A DNA stretch of 64,000 nucleotides from Balanoglossus misakiensis (taxonomy: Eukaryota; Animalia; Hemichordata), in the NCBI GenBank assembly GCA_040954595.2, contig CM082596.2, forward strand, positions 9,196,461 to 9,260,460, given 5' to 3'. Position 1 is the first letter of the stretch, and each line of letters starts with the position of its first letter. Positions 1 to 12,095 of the stretch are shown piece by piece. The translations under genes were made by a program, and so were the position numbers. The notes beneath the pieces were generated by a model. The model made no database searches. It was given only the letters and a program-made list of their open reading frames with translations, and was not told the origin of the DNA.

Positions 1-540
1 AAAGAATTTTTAGGTCCCATTGGAAAAACTTAAATTTGGTCAAAACTCAGAAACTCAACAACCCCTGGTCATATTGTTTTGAAAATTGATATGCATGTAC
101 CTTATGTCTACCTCAAACAGTTCTCTATGTTTTGAGCTAATAGTATGAGTTTCCTATTTTTTATGCATTTTTTTGCCTTTTTTCCACATTTTTGGTAAAA
201 AATCTATTTTTCTGGAATTGATCAGCCGACTTCTATGAAATTTAGTATGGAGCTTCATATAGGTGATCTGAGTTACCAAAGTTTTGTTTAAATTGCTGCA
301 AAATTTTTATATTTATGATTTTGGAGCAATTTTTGCCATTTTTGATCAAGTAAGATTTGCATGTATGTTTTTCAAAATCAACTTGAAGAATTCAATAGTA
401 TATTTTTGGGGTGATTTTTGCCATTTCTGGTCAAAACTCTTTCTCAGAACCCTCTACCCCATTGCTTTGAAATTTGACACGAAGGTTCCTGGGTGAGTTG
501 TCACGATGATTTACAAAATCTATGATGAAAGCGTCAATGT
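1..540. mobile_element. Degenerate interspersed repeat with internal subrepeats (probable non-autonomous Helentron/HINE-type element), cut by the window edge
   Basis: Recurring degenerate motif ttt(t/c)tggtcaaaa...ttgaaattt(g/a) at ~37, ~190 and ~425; a similar motif recurs at ~12985-13060. No coding potential. Family assignment is an inference. Confidence 0.35.
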
Positions 541-830
541 TTTGTGTGGGCAATATCTTGTACATGTATTTTTGAGTTGTAAATTAATGTGATTGGCTTC
601 TTTAGAATTATAATGGAATCAAATCATAGCTGATTCGGAACTTTTATATTTTGTACGTATACGATATTTTGTCTTATACCACAAAACATTTCATCTCAAG
701 AAGAGCAATTACCAGTACATTCTTTGTAATAAAAGAGCCACCCCTACAACATGATTAAAAGGTGTGTTAACGACTTGATACCCGAATTAAGATAAGTGTC
801 GCGCGATGTTCGGAAATGAGAAAAAAGTCG

Positions 831-1048
831 ACTGGACGTTCGTTGATGTCTTTAATGGCCATCTCAGCTGCTGCTAAGTTGCTTTCATCACCACGCCAGA
901 CGGCACCATTGAAAGAAAACAAGCCCAGCAGGTACAGATCTGTCTTGTTGTCTGCACGTCCTGTCTGAAAACTTGGCGTTACCAGTAAACTTACGATTGT
1001 AAGAAATCTTAACATCCCAGTGTACTGTTTTATAATGCTTAACTCCAT
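831..1048 (-). CDS. First coding exon of a GABA-B receptor-like / class C GPCR (signal peptide plus start of the Venus-flytrap ligand-binding domain); apparently truncated
   Basis: Hydrophobic signal peptide (LRFLTIVSLLV) followed by LYLLGLFSFNG..W.G...L.AAEMAIKDINERP, typical of GABA-B/ANF-receptor N-termini. Acceptor tttgcag at 1054-1060 lies just upstream of the ATG; an upstream donor gtaagg at 1215-1220 suggests a 5'UTR exon. Similarity stops after DINERP. Confidence 0.65.
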
Positions 1049-1721
1049 TGTGGCTGCAAAAGTAATTAAATAAAAAAGGGGCTTGATACAAAATCAAATT
1101 GAAGTATAATATAAAAGTTCTAGGGAAAATAGTTATACGATTGTATGTCTACAGCGTGGTTTCGTGTGAGTCCAGTGACTCATGAAACAATTTTGTAAAG
1201 ATGAAATTGTATAACCTTACCTTCGATGGAGGAAAGTTTCATGTTTACGTTTGAAATCAATCTGGTGAGCATTTGTCGTTTCGTTATAAAGGAACATTTT
1301 GTTTTAAAGTTCACTTAACTTGATTTCCTCCGTTCAATGAAATATTCGTCATGACTAGATTCATAAGAAATCATGGGCGTTTTATGGACGCTAAATCTTT
1401 CGATTATAGTGTCCTGAAGTACATACAGTATGTGATCAGTACTAACCTTTGTTGAATATAGGTGTAAAACATTAATTTCAAAGGTTTACTTTAACTGCAG
1501 TTAAACTGACATTTATATGTTCGAAGTTATGTCGTTTGGCTGTCTACAGCAAGTATTAACCCACTTTGGCGGTACCTAGACTACCGCAATTTCTGGGAGC
1601 CAGACGACATCGATTGGGACACGTTGAGCTGCGTCGCGTAGACTAGAAGTAGAGCGAAGGAATACCGCCGTATGTCAATTAAAAACAATCAATCGCCGTT
1701 TTAAAAAAGTAGGATGTCTTA

Positions 1722-2668
1722 AGGGACCGTTCAGATTTTACGGCTGGGGGGGGGGGGGGGGGGGTGGCAAAATCTAAGGGGGGAGTTCACTTAAATTTTG
1801 AAGTCCAAAGGGGGGGGGGGGTTATCGTTTTTTTTAAACGTTTAGGGGGGTCACTTACTTTTGCCACAAAACTTTTGCTTTTGAGTACACAAAATTGCAG
1901 TTTCGCGCCCTTTATTTTACAAAACCCCGTCCATTCTTCGCCACATTTCATTTATTGGCTGGTTTGTCTAGTGTACGAGGGCAGACTACTTGCCATCCCA
2001 CCACATTGATGCGGACTTTGAGTGGAGTGGCAAAAGTAAAATTGGTCCTCCCCAATATTGAGTTAATTTGCTTTTGAGTTCATTAAAATTCAACTTTCAG
2101 CCTATTTTACAAAATTTTCCATTCTTCACCCACTCCCTTCATTCTTCACCACATCTAGTGTACTAAGGCGTAGCACTTGCCCACCCCACCCCCCACCGAT
2201 GCTTACATTGACTGGCAAAAGTAAAATTTGTCCTCCCTAACATTTAGTTAATTTGCTTTTGAGCTCATTAAAATGCAACTTTCAGCCCGATATTTTACAA
2301 AATTTTCTTATGTGGGAGGGGACACCCCCTACCACACCCACCCCCGCCACTTTTCTTGTTTTACCAATCCTACCAACTATTGTATTGACTTGTCATTTTA
2401 ATTTATTCATAATTCATTCTTATTGCAACGATATACTATTATATACTTCAATTACTTTAAGAAATTTATAATTGAGGTGTGGGAAGCCTAATTCCCTTTA
2501 TTGCATACAGTGTATATAGGATTAGGACGGCGAATGTTTTTAGGCGTGGGGGGGGGGGGGTCATCATTTTTTGGGCCTGGGTGGAGGGGGGGGGGTCCGC
2601 CTGATTTTGAAAACTCATGACACAAACTTGCCGGCCCCCACCCCAGCCATAAAAACAGAACGGTCCCT
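1722..2668. mobile_element. MITE (non-autonomous DNA transposon; PIF/Harbinger-like or TA-targeting)
   Basis: TIR AGGGACCGTTCAGATTTTACGGCTGGGG at 1722 pairs with CCCCAGCCATAAAAACAGAACGGTCCCT ending at 2668; TA on both sides; poly-G/poly-C-rich interior. Confidence 0.85.
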
Positions 2669-4674
2669 TACATTGATATATGTCAACCTGAGCATGCGTA
2701 TAGCCAGTTAGCCACACCACAGCTTCTTCGCTGCCTGGCTGTGCAACTAGAAAGGAAAGACAATCTACAAAGGCAAGAGTTTAGTTCTGAATTTGACTAG
2801 TTCATAAGCTAAGCACATTGATAACTATTTTAGGTGAGAATAAAGATAATAGTGAAAGCCATGTGAAGAGGTGACAGATGAGTTTTGCAGTTAGAGTGTA
2901 ACATTGTAATTTATTTGTTTTTCATTCATATCAACTTTCATAGAAGCAACCAGAAAATCAGTGTAAGGGTAGCCTGTTTAAAATCAGAATTATATACAAC
3001 GGCTCAGACGTTTTACATCTTCTTTCACACTTCATTCATCCCATGCTTTTTAAATACTTTTACAGTTTTGCTGCGTGGTTTTGTCCTATTGTAAGTTTTT
3101 CATGAAAGTCTATTGAGACGTTGCTATGTTGAATTGTTACCACTGTTATTGATCAGATTGGTTTATGACTTCTATTTCACCAACACCAGAAGGGTACAAC
3201 ACTGAAGTGATGGACTTACTGAAGCAGTTTGCAAAGAACGAAAAAATGGAATCACGTATACGACAGCCGGACTTAGAACAGTGCATGTGTAAAAGAACAG
3301 AAATGCCTGCATGTAGACTTGATGACAGACGTTTCTGTGACATGTACAATCTTTAGACACTTATGAAAATTGAAGCAGTATGAAAGTGACAGCGAGTGTT
3401 GGTGTAAAAAAAGTTTGTCTGGCATACTGCAGTGTTACTCATTATTTATTTCCCAAAAGATTGTTCTACTGAAGAAGTACATTTGAAATAGTGTTACGGC
3501 TTGTCCAGTTGGTACTCTAACTTTGCGGTAGCAAAGAGGTGTGCTGGATTTACCAAAGTAGAGACTCGTTGAGACTCGAAGTAGTGGGAGTCAGAAGGTT
3601 TTATTTCTGGTGCAAAGGCGTTACAACACACGGTTGTCTGCAAGATGGTTGTTCTACTCAAAGCAAGAAATTACAGAGTTTATATGTCTTTGAGAAAGAA
3701 GAGAAATCAAAGATTCATCATAGCGTGATCCTCATTGTCCAATTACAACTTTACAACACATCGGCATATTCTTGATTGTCCAATTACAAAATTATTACAC
3801 ACTGAAATATCCTTCGGATTGGCTGTCGGTCTCAAAGAAGAAATTATCTCTGTCAAGATCACGACCAACTGAAGGTGGTCAAATACAAGGACTAGCAACC
3901 ATCATATACAAACACCTCCTCCCTCGTATTTCAATAAAGTAAAGGTACATTATGCAAAACTCATTCGTTGATTGAAATTCGCAGGTCTCAATATTTGTAA
4001 GATACTCGATATTTGTAAGGTAATTAAATGTTGTGACTATAAACTAATGTATTTGACCTCTATACACGGAATTACTGATATAACTGGAAATTAATCATAG
4101 AAATTACAATTCTTTAATGCCAATCGAATTCTTCAATTTTCCAATTTCTATATATCGTAACAATAGCATGGCTTATGTGGAGTGTACTAAAGATAAGACC
4201 AAAAATGTGATATTACTGTTATCACCATATTTTTCACAAACTCAGCTAGCTACATGTAAACATAATATTGTACAAGACTCGTTTTGTTTTGTAGAGGTAA
4301 AGTTCAATAGAGGCTTTTGAAGAAAAATATTAAGTTTTTTAATTACACTTAAAAGCTGTGTAATATGTTTTAGCATCATGGTTTTGAATAAAATGGATTG
4401 ATATGGTATTGTAGTGAATTGTTGTGTCTGAAATTTCTCGAGAATTCCAATAGAAAACAAATGGTTTATTACCAATTTCGTAGCTTCATTAGACTTGAGT
4501 AATACCTAGGTAAACTCAGGGTAAACTGCCATAGAATTTTCATATACAGCTCCTGCAGAATATATGAATGAATAATAACGTTTTTGCATACATAGATGTC
4601 TACTCTCATCAGTGTGATTATCGCAGCTTGCTGGTGAAGGAGTTTTCCATCAAACCATGGTGGGCAACTGCATG

Positions 4675-7600
4675 TCAGAATTCCGTACAAACATCTGAAA
4701 ATATATAGATAAACATGAAAGAACGTTCATTATGACAGTTTATCTTTCCATTCATAATTAAAGTCAAATCAACCTCATCTGCTCTATCTGATGCATATGT
4801 TTTTTAGTTTTGATGTCACCCTTTTCCCCTGATTTTCCTGTGGCCGACGTACCTGATTCCTTTACACTGCATATTTTGAAAACTTGATTGCCCCAGGGAC
4901 CTCCAGTCTCTGGGTCACAGTTATTAATTGGACCATACATGGTATATGTACTTTCAGCATCCGCAGTAGATGCACACCATCCTCCATTTTGGATGGCGAA
5001 CACTGTGAATCCGCGACACCATGCAGCAGCCATGCACTTTTCTAACGGGTCAGTTCTTTTAGTGTAGAGAAGATCAAGTCTGTCATCCTTTCCCTCTAAT
5101 GTTTCTATGGCTCGTATTTCTGTATCTCTCCAACACCCGAGATCCACTAAATTCATAGCTACAAAAATAAAATAATCATGGTCAGTAAAGTCCGCTACCT
5201 TTCATTCATGAACATACCCTGGGAGTAATTAATTGAACAAACGATTCACATTACCTGTACAAAGATCAATACAATATCAATACAATGTTAAGCTCACTCC
5301 TTCTGAAACAACTACCGTAATCTTTTATTGATTAAAATATGCTATGTGAATATGTCATTGTGAACTGAGTAAACACAGTACAAAATGGGGGCTTGGGATA
5401 ATTAAGATTTGAGTAGATTGGAACATTTTGACTTACTTCGATTCAAAGTTCTGGGCGTGAAACCGTTGCACGAAGCAACTCTTTCCGTAGCATTCGCTGC
5501 ATCAAACCAATACCAATTGGCGCCTTCGGCCGGATTCACATCCCAACAAATCATATTGTAATCATAGCAATTTAGCTGTGACAAATCTAGCATGACTTGG
5601 TTATTTGCAAGTGTGACTGATGTAGATGGTGCAACTGTTTCTTCACTCCTGCCCATCGCTATGATAGCTTCTACATCTGTAACTTTGGGTAATGCTCTGC
5701 CGTCGAAAGGCTTGTCCTGACCAAGTGTGACGGTGACTTGGAACAGCTCATGGTTGTATCCAACAATTTTGCCAGTGTTGACATCGCCCGTTTCCAGGGA
5801 AAATGAAAAATGGTAAGTTCGGTTCTGTCCGAATATAGCCCATATATGTTCACCATCATGGATTATAGCTGCAGCTGCTTTGTCGATGCTTACTGAAAAT
5901 ACACAAAAGGATTACATGGTGCAAATTTGTTCTTTCTTTTCTGTAAATGATTCCTCCTGAATTCACGAGTCGCAAAAAGACGTTTTATAGTTAATGTCAC
6001 GAGACAGACAGACAGAAAAATGAAGTGAAAGAAATTTCAGCCATACAATGTGATTTTCAATTTAAACACAGGAGTTGGAGTGGACATGGCATTGGAGGAT
6101 GAAGACGTGTGCAGGATACATTCAGAAGGGTTAACTGTACCTTTACATTGGTTGAAAGGAATACATGCAGTAATACGATCATCTTCATGCCACATCCAGT
6201 TGCTCCCAGTTGCTGGTGTCACATCCACGCATGCATAGCTGTATTCATGACATCCCAAGCCAAGAAGACCATAGTCTGCATAAACAATATTCATGTCCCC
6301 TGTGGAACAGCCAGGGCAGATGTGTACTGTGTGGTCAGTGGTTACTGATGCATTAACCTTCAGAAAAGCAGATCCTCCATCGACGTCATTTGCTATGTAC
6401 ACTTTGAAATCGAACAAGGAGCTGATGGCGCCTGAAAATGCTGCTGTGAATGTTTCCATGGCTATGTTGACGTCCAATTGAAAGGTGAGATTCCTACCCA
6501 TGTTTACATCCAATGTTTGGTTATCATGTTGTTTCAGGCCAATTCTTCCATTTAGCTGATCTAAAATCAAATTCAGTTATTGAGGTTAAGGCAAACTAGA
6601 TGTGAAGTACAACTGTATTTAACCATTGGATTTGGATAAAACATTTTGAACCTGCTTTGAAACATAACATGAAGTGTTAACCATATTGCAATGTGGATAT
6701 CTGGCATTTGTGTATAGCTCATCTTGCTTCTCTTGAGTGAGGATATCTGGTTGCTATACGGGTTGTGGAGCAAGGTAAGTATAAAAGTGGGTAACGAGAT
6801 AACTAATTCTGAAGCAAGGGATTACACATAATTGTATTAAAGGTACTTTTGGCCTGGTAACTTCTAGAAGAATAATCGACTTTACATCGGATTAAGCGAT
6901 GCATTACCTGTAGTTTTCAGTGTAATACTAATATGAAACAGATTCTCATTCTTGCTTACGTTTACACCTCTGGATATTTGAGCAGGCTGTTCCGCTGGCC
7001 AGAGAGTCACACGGGTCATCATTTGTAGATGTTGCAATTACGTCTAAACAAAGCTGATTGTTCTCATGGCAGGTGAGACCGCTCAGATTAAGTCTCACAT
7101 GTGTGTGTCGAATGGTGACAGATTATTGGCCGTTGGACACATTTATTTCCATGTCAGGTAGAGTAGCATTGGTTGTGATATTACGACGGGTGCCATTCAG
7201 GTCTTCGATATATGCTGCCACCATAAACAATTTCTTAACCTGCAGATTAGTGACTTCGCCATCAGCTGTTATATCCATAGAAACATCGAAGGTGAAATCT
7301 TGCAGAGTTCCAATGATAATCGCAATGCCATCAAATGGTGCAGAGTAGTTGCCCCAAGCAGAAATCTTAGCAGCTGTTCAGGTGATGGGTGTTTTTGTGA
7401 ATTAAAACATACATATTATTAAATGATAGATTCTAATAAAGCCAGTCCATTTCTGTTAACATGAATATACATTCAACAAAGGGCCAGGTTTCACAATATA
7501 GCACATAGCAGCTTTACTGAGATGACAAAAAACCAATGATTCACCATTAGACCACACTTTTCTCACGACCTGTTAATTACCCTTTCAACACCATGGTTTG

Positions 7601-9612
7601 GTCCAAATCCATCTTTATGGTATACAAGAAAGGATTTGACAGTGTTAACCGACATGCATGGTCACTAAGCAACTGAGCAGACAATAATAAAGGCAGAAGT
7701 ATATAGCCAGTAATCCCCTCTCCAAGCAGTTCCCTCTTTGGAGGTCCAAACTCACCTCGGGAAACAATGGATATAGGCAAAACTATATTGTGGAGAAAGG
7801 CTTAAAAGTTTCAAATGTTGCAAGCCACACTCTACTCTCACAATTCGAGACAAATCCCATTCCATAACCATTCAGAAAATAAATCACTTATCCAATGCTT
7901 GGGGCCGGGCGTACAAAGGAAACAAATTCCCTCCACTGACAGTTAATGAAGACTTATGGTACTGGGCGCCTATGTACTGTACAACTTGAAAATAAATTAA
8001 AAATTCTGTACATATACGACATTGACAGTTGTAATAAACCTAGATAAGCATATGTGAAGCTTAAAAAAGTGTGACAGTACCAATTGCAAAATGCAACCTT
8101 TCATTCTATTATATCGTGAATAATGATCTACAATTCTATAGTGATACGTACGTCACGGATATATAAGAAAGGTTTAGTTACACGTAAATACGCGGACGAC
8201 TGACGGCAGGCAGCTAGTGGCGTTCGCGTATGTGTAGCGACGCGTGAATTTTGCGGTTTAGTTGTCCGTTTTGAATAACAAAAATATTTAAAAACAATGG
8301 AAAATTCAAATATTTTTCACTTCAATAAATTTTGTGTGTGATGAATATTCTCTAAGACCACCACCCTTGGAATAAGTTTCTTGACTGCAGTGGAAATATA
8401 GTTTAGTGAAGTTTTCCGATGTCTTTATCGAGGCGTCCACTGAAAACTTAACATCCATTGGGAATAATTTTTTGTGTTCATGTTTTTAAAACACCAAATA
8501 CCGCCGGTTTTAGCACATATGGCAGACTTTTTTTTCAGATTACATGGATGCTGGCTACATCACAATTGCACTTCAGAGATCAATCGCTCAAATTAAAGAG
8601 AGAACATCGAGAAATTCCGAATAAATGTTACACGTAATCATGATTACGCGTAGAAGCGTCGCTTACCGTTCCGAACGTCTGCTCTACACGTACGCGACGT
8701 CTGCTTATCACGTGACAACGACGCTACGCGTACTGATCGAACGTATTTACGTGTAACTAAACCTCTCTGATATCACTCGAACGTCAAAACCATATAGTCA
8801 TTGTTTTCTACAAATCGCAACATACCTGTACAGGTACTTTTACTTGCGCCTTCCTGAACTAAACAAATTAAATGAACATTAACATTCATATTAGTCATGA
8901 TAATTGCGAGAGTGGATCTTAGTGTATTATGTCAAAGCTAGAAATCATCTGGCCAAGATATTTGGCCACTAACTAGACAGGCTAAATACATGCAGGCAAG
9001 ACTAATTTCCATCACTGTGGGCACTGTAATTTTTATCGAAATTGCATATGGATGAAAAACCAAAGAATCAACACAGTTGTTATTTGCTAACACTTCAAAA
9101 CTGTATGATTCCTTTCATCTGGCTCAAAAACCTCATGATTGTTAACTAAACCACGCAGTTTTGAGCTTCATGTACCAATCAATGTAATGGTCTGTATTTC
9201 TATGTATACCATACACTACTACAATAAAGCAAAACCCTTGGCATACCAATGACGCAACAAGAAATAAAATATTGAATAGTCTCAGTGAAAAAAAACATCA
9301 TTTCATACATTAGGTAGTGTTTAGTTTTCATAAACTGAATTTTACTTACTTAAGTACTTGTACACGGTTCCTATTGATGCCACAGCACCCATAATTGACA
9401 GTGCAACTATGATTGCCAGGATGGCTCTTCGTCTTTTTGTTTCCGATGTCTTTTTCACCTAAATCGCAGTTGAGATTATTATGCTGCACAGCAACACAAT
9501 ACTAGGAGCATTGACATAACTCTATTTTTGAATGAAATGACAATGAAACATTGAAAATATCTCCCGTGCAAAAGAATCTTACCTCGTCCAAGTGCGGAGA
9601 TACCTTCGCCAT
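4675..9612 (-). pseudogene. Eight-exon gene, copy 1: predicted type II membrane protein with three ~140-150 aa Cys-containing domains and a C-terminal WSC-like domain; in-frame TAA in exon 4
   Basis: Hand-spliced exons, all GT-AG with consistent phases: 9583-9612 (MAKVSPHLDE), 9350-9458 (KRRR then AILAIIVALSIMGAVASIGTVY, a signal anchor), 8826-8858, 6960-7373, 6141-6560, 5437-5892, 4853-5158 (LGCWRD..RAI..LEG.D.RLD...KC....RGFTVFAIQNGGWC...YGP...C....GGPWGNQVF) and 4675-4694 (DVCTEF-stop). Premature TAA at 7123-7125. AATAAA on the minus strand at ~4465-4470. Confidence 0.75.
8166..8768. mobile_element. MITE in intron 3 of gene copy 1
   Basis: TIR AGAAAGGTTTAGTTACACGTAAATACG ... CGTATTTACGTGTAACTAAACCTCTCT (27 bp, 1 mismatch). 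Confidence 0.85.
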
Positions 9613-11319
9613 TTCTCTCTGACGATTATTCACTTGTTCTGCGGTCTGTGTAAGAAGTGGTCAATTTTATGTCTGCACGAGCTGATAGATGTTTTCTATT
9701 CTGCACATCCCAAAGGAACTGCTCTGATATCTCCAAGCCAAAGCTTATTATAATTCATTTTTTGTGTCGACGAAAGTGCGGGACTCTGAAGTTTCTTGTG
9801 GGATTAGGAAGCTGACAGGGGTTCATTCTCAATGTTATTTAAGTTCCATTAACTGTAACTGTTGGCGATATTTTCAGTGCTTAATTTCGATGTAACAACG
9901 GCTAACACAAAAATTTAAAAGCAACTAGCTAATCCTTATCCTGTAGAGCCCCTCTGGTTATAAAAAAAGACATTTGAAATGCTTCATTCAACTACCACAG
10001 ACCTAACCATCAATAGGTAGAATTGTATTCAAAAGAATCTTAATCTGCTATTTTTCAAAAACATTTTCTGTATGCCTACTGGTATTATTTTCTGCCGAGT
10101 CAAAGAAAACCCGGTGCAGCGTGTTGGCACAGACTCTGGACAGAGCGTTTAAGTTGACAAATTTTTACCAACTTTTAAATGGAAACTGTCATGAACAAGA
10201 TTCGAACTAAAGCCTCTAGAGCTGCCAAATTTGACATATTGATTTTCCTCAATGAAATACTTCAAATGTATTCCCTATCCTCTAAAATCTTCACCATTAA
10301 GCCAGATTAGTTGCATTTGCATCAGTTTGTCATCTCCTGGCAACGCATACCATGATAGCTGCGTACTGTTTATATGGAGGCTGATTAAATCAGTGTGGCA
10401 CCGTTTTAATACATAGCGTGTTCCAATTGCAACATACAGTCACAATCGGACATCGATAAGGTGTTCATGTATACATTTCAATAAGCGTATTTAGATTGAT
10501 CAATTTAAGTTGGACAATAAAATCATGAAAATAATGCATAAAGTGGCAGCTCTAGAGGCTTTAACTACAAATAAGATTAGTTTACATCTCACTTTTCCAC
10601 TTTATTATTTTTGGGCCCTCATTCATCTTTCAAACGTTATCCGAAGTACATGTACTTATTTCAAAATGTTTATAGAAAAAGAGCAGGCAATAAAAATCGT
10701 TATGCTACTTACAACAACTATCGTCAGTTCCAAAGAGTGAATGACTGCTCACTAATCCGGAAGAGTCTGAATCACTCTCGCGTCTAGTAGTATCAATCCG
10801 CGATACAGAGTTAAAATTAAACAGTTGACCATGTGGCTGTGCATTAAGACGCGGATTACGTTTGGAATGAAACACTTCATGTTGTATCGTCTGTACACGA
10901 GGCTTATGAAGACGCTTGAAAAGTCATTGATCCTGTTTGCAAATTGGCAAAATGAACGGAACTACCTTTTTTATATGATTGATTTTCGCCATGAGTATAA
11001 TAAACTTGCCGGTTTTATTATATGTGATAACATACACTTCTACCAACTTAACAGCATAATCAGAACCACTCAACATACCGAGAGGTCATTACACGGGCTC
11101 TAGGATAAATTTTAAATAATCAAGTTCATTTTCATTTGTTTTACAGGTGCTCCTGTACACATATTTTGTTTCCGAAGTGGACAGGTGTCCTTAATCGTGA
11201 TTTGAAGACTTCAATTTGATTGGCTGAAGGTTGTAAACAAGGTATGAATATATAATGACGAACTACTTTATTCTGCGTAAAGTAAGACGTGCATGTTATT
11301 ACCTGTTTGTGCGTCCTTA

Positions 11320-12095
11320 GGCTGCATTCACAAACACCTCTGGATGGGGAGGGGAGAATTGATGGGGGGGGGGGTTTGAAAAAATTGAGGGTATGTAAGG
11401 GGGGATTTGAAATAATTCAGGGACTGAAATAGGGGGGAACTTGATAACATTGAGGACTAAATATTTATTTTGAGTCAACAAAATGCAGTTTTGAACCCTT
11501 CATAATACAAATTTTCCTAATGTGGGAAGGGGACACCCCCTCCAACACCAGCCCCCGTCATTCATCAACACCTTTCAATCATTGTCTGGTTTATAGTGTC
11601 CCAGGTCAGGAGACTTCCCCACATGCTAACTTTGAGCAGCGAAGGTTAAATTTGTCCTCCCCTACATACTGTTAGTTGAGTTAATTTGCTTTTGGGTTCA
11701 CTAAAATGCAGCTTTGAGCTCTGTATTTTGTACAATTTTCTTACGTGGGAGGGGGACACCCCCCCACAAACCCACCCATTCACTTCTCGGTTTAAAATGT
11801 CTGCCAACACAGAATACACATACTTAAAAATATAAACAATTTTTAGTTTTAATACCCATTGATGAGGGAAAACATCAGTTTCAAATCGTTTTCATGTGAG
11901 CGCTTTTTTACAAGATAGATTGGTGATGTGTTTTGCTGTGTGAAAGAAAATGGGGGAGGTATTTCAAAATTTTAGCAGTTCGGAAGTGGCGATTTGAAAA
12001 TATTTCGGGTTGTGTACGGGGGGGGGGGCATGTGAAATCGGTAAACAAAATTGAATTCCCCCCCCCCCCCTCCAGGGATGTTTGTGAATGCAGCC
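11320..12095. mobile_element. PIF/Harbinger-like MITE
   Basis: Perfect 17-bp TIR GGCTGCATTCACAAACA / TGTTTGTGAATGCAGCC; TTA target duplication at 11317-11319 and 12096-12098. Confidence 0.9.

Noticed and set aside
3146-3360. Short Cys-containing ORFs
   Set aside because: No recognisable domain; the plus-strand frame is interrupted by stops in the paralogous copy at ~18460-18660.
11147-11241. Possible plus-strand exon (ttttacag ... aag|gtatga)
   Set aside because: Good splice signals, but no linked exons or coding similarity that I can support.
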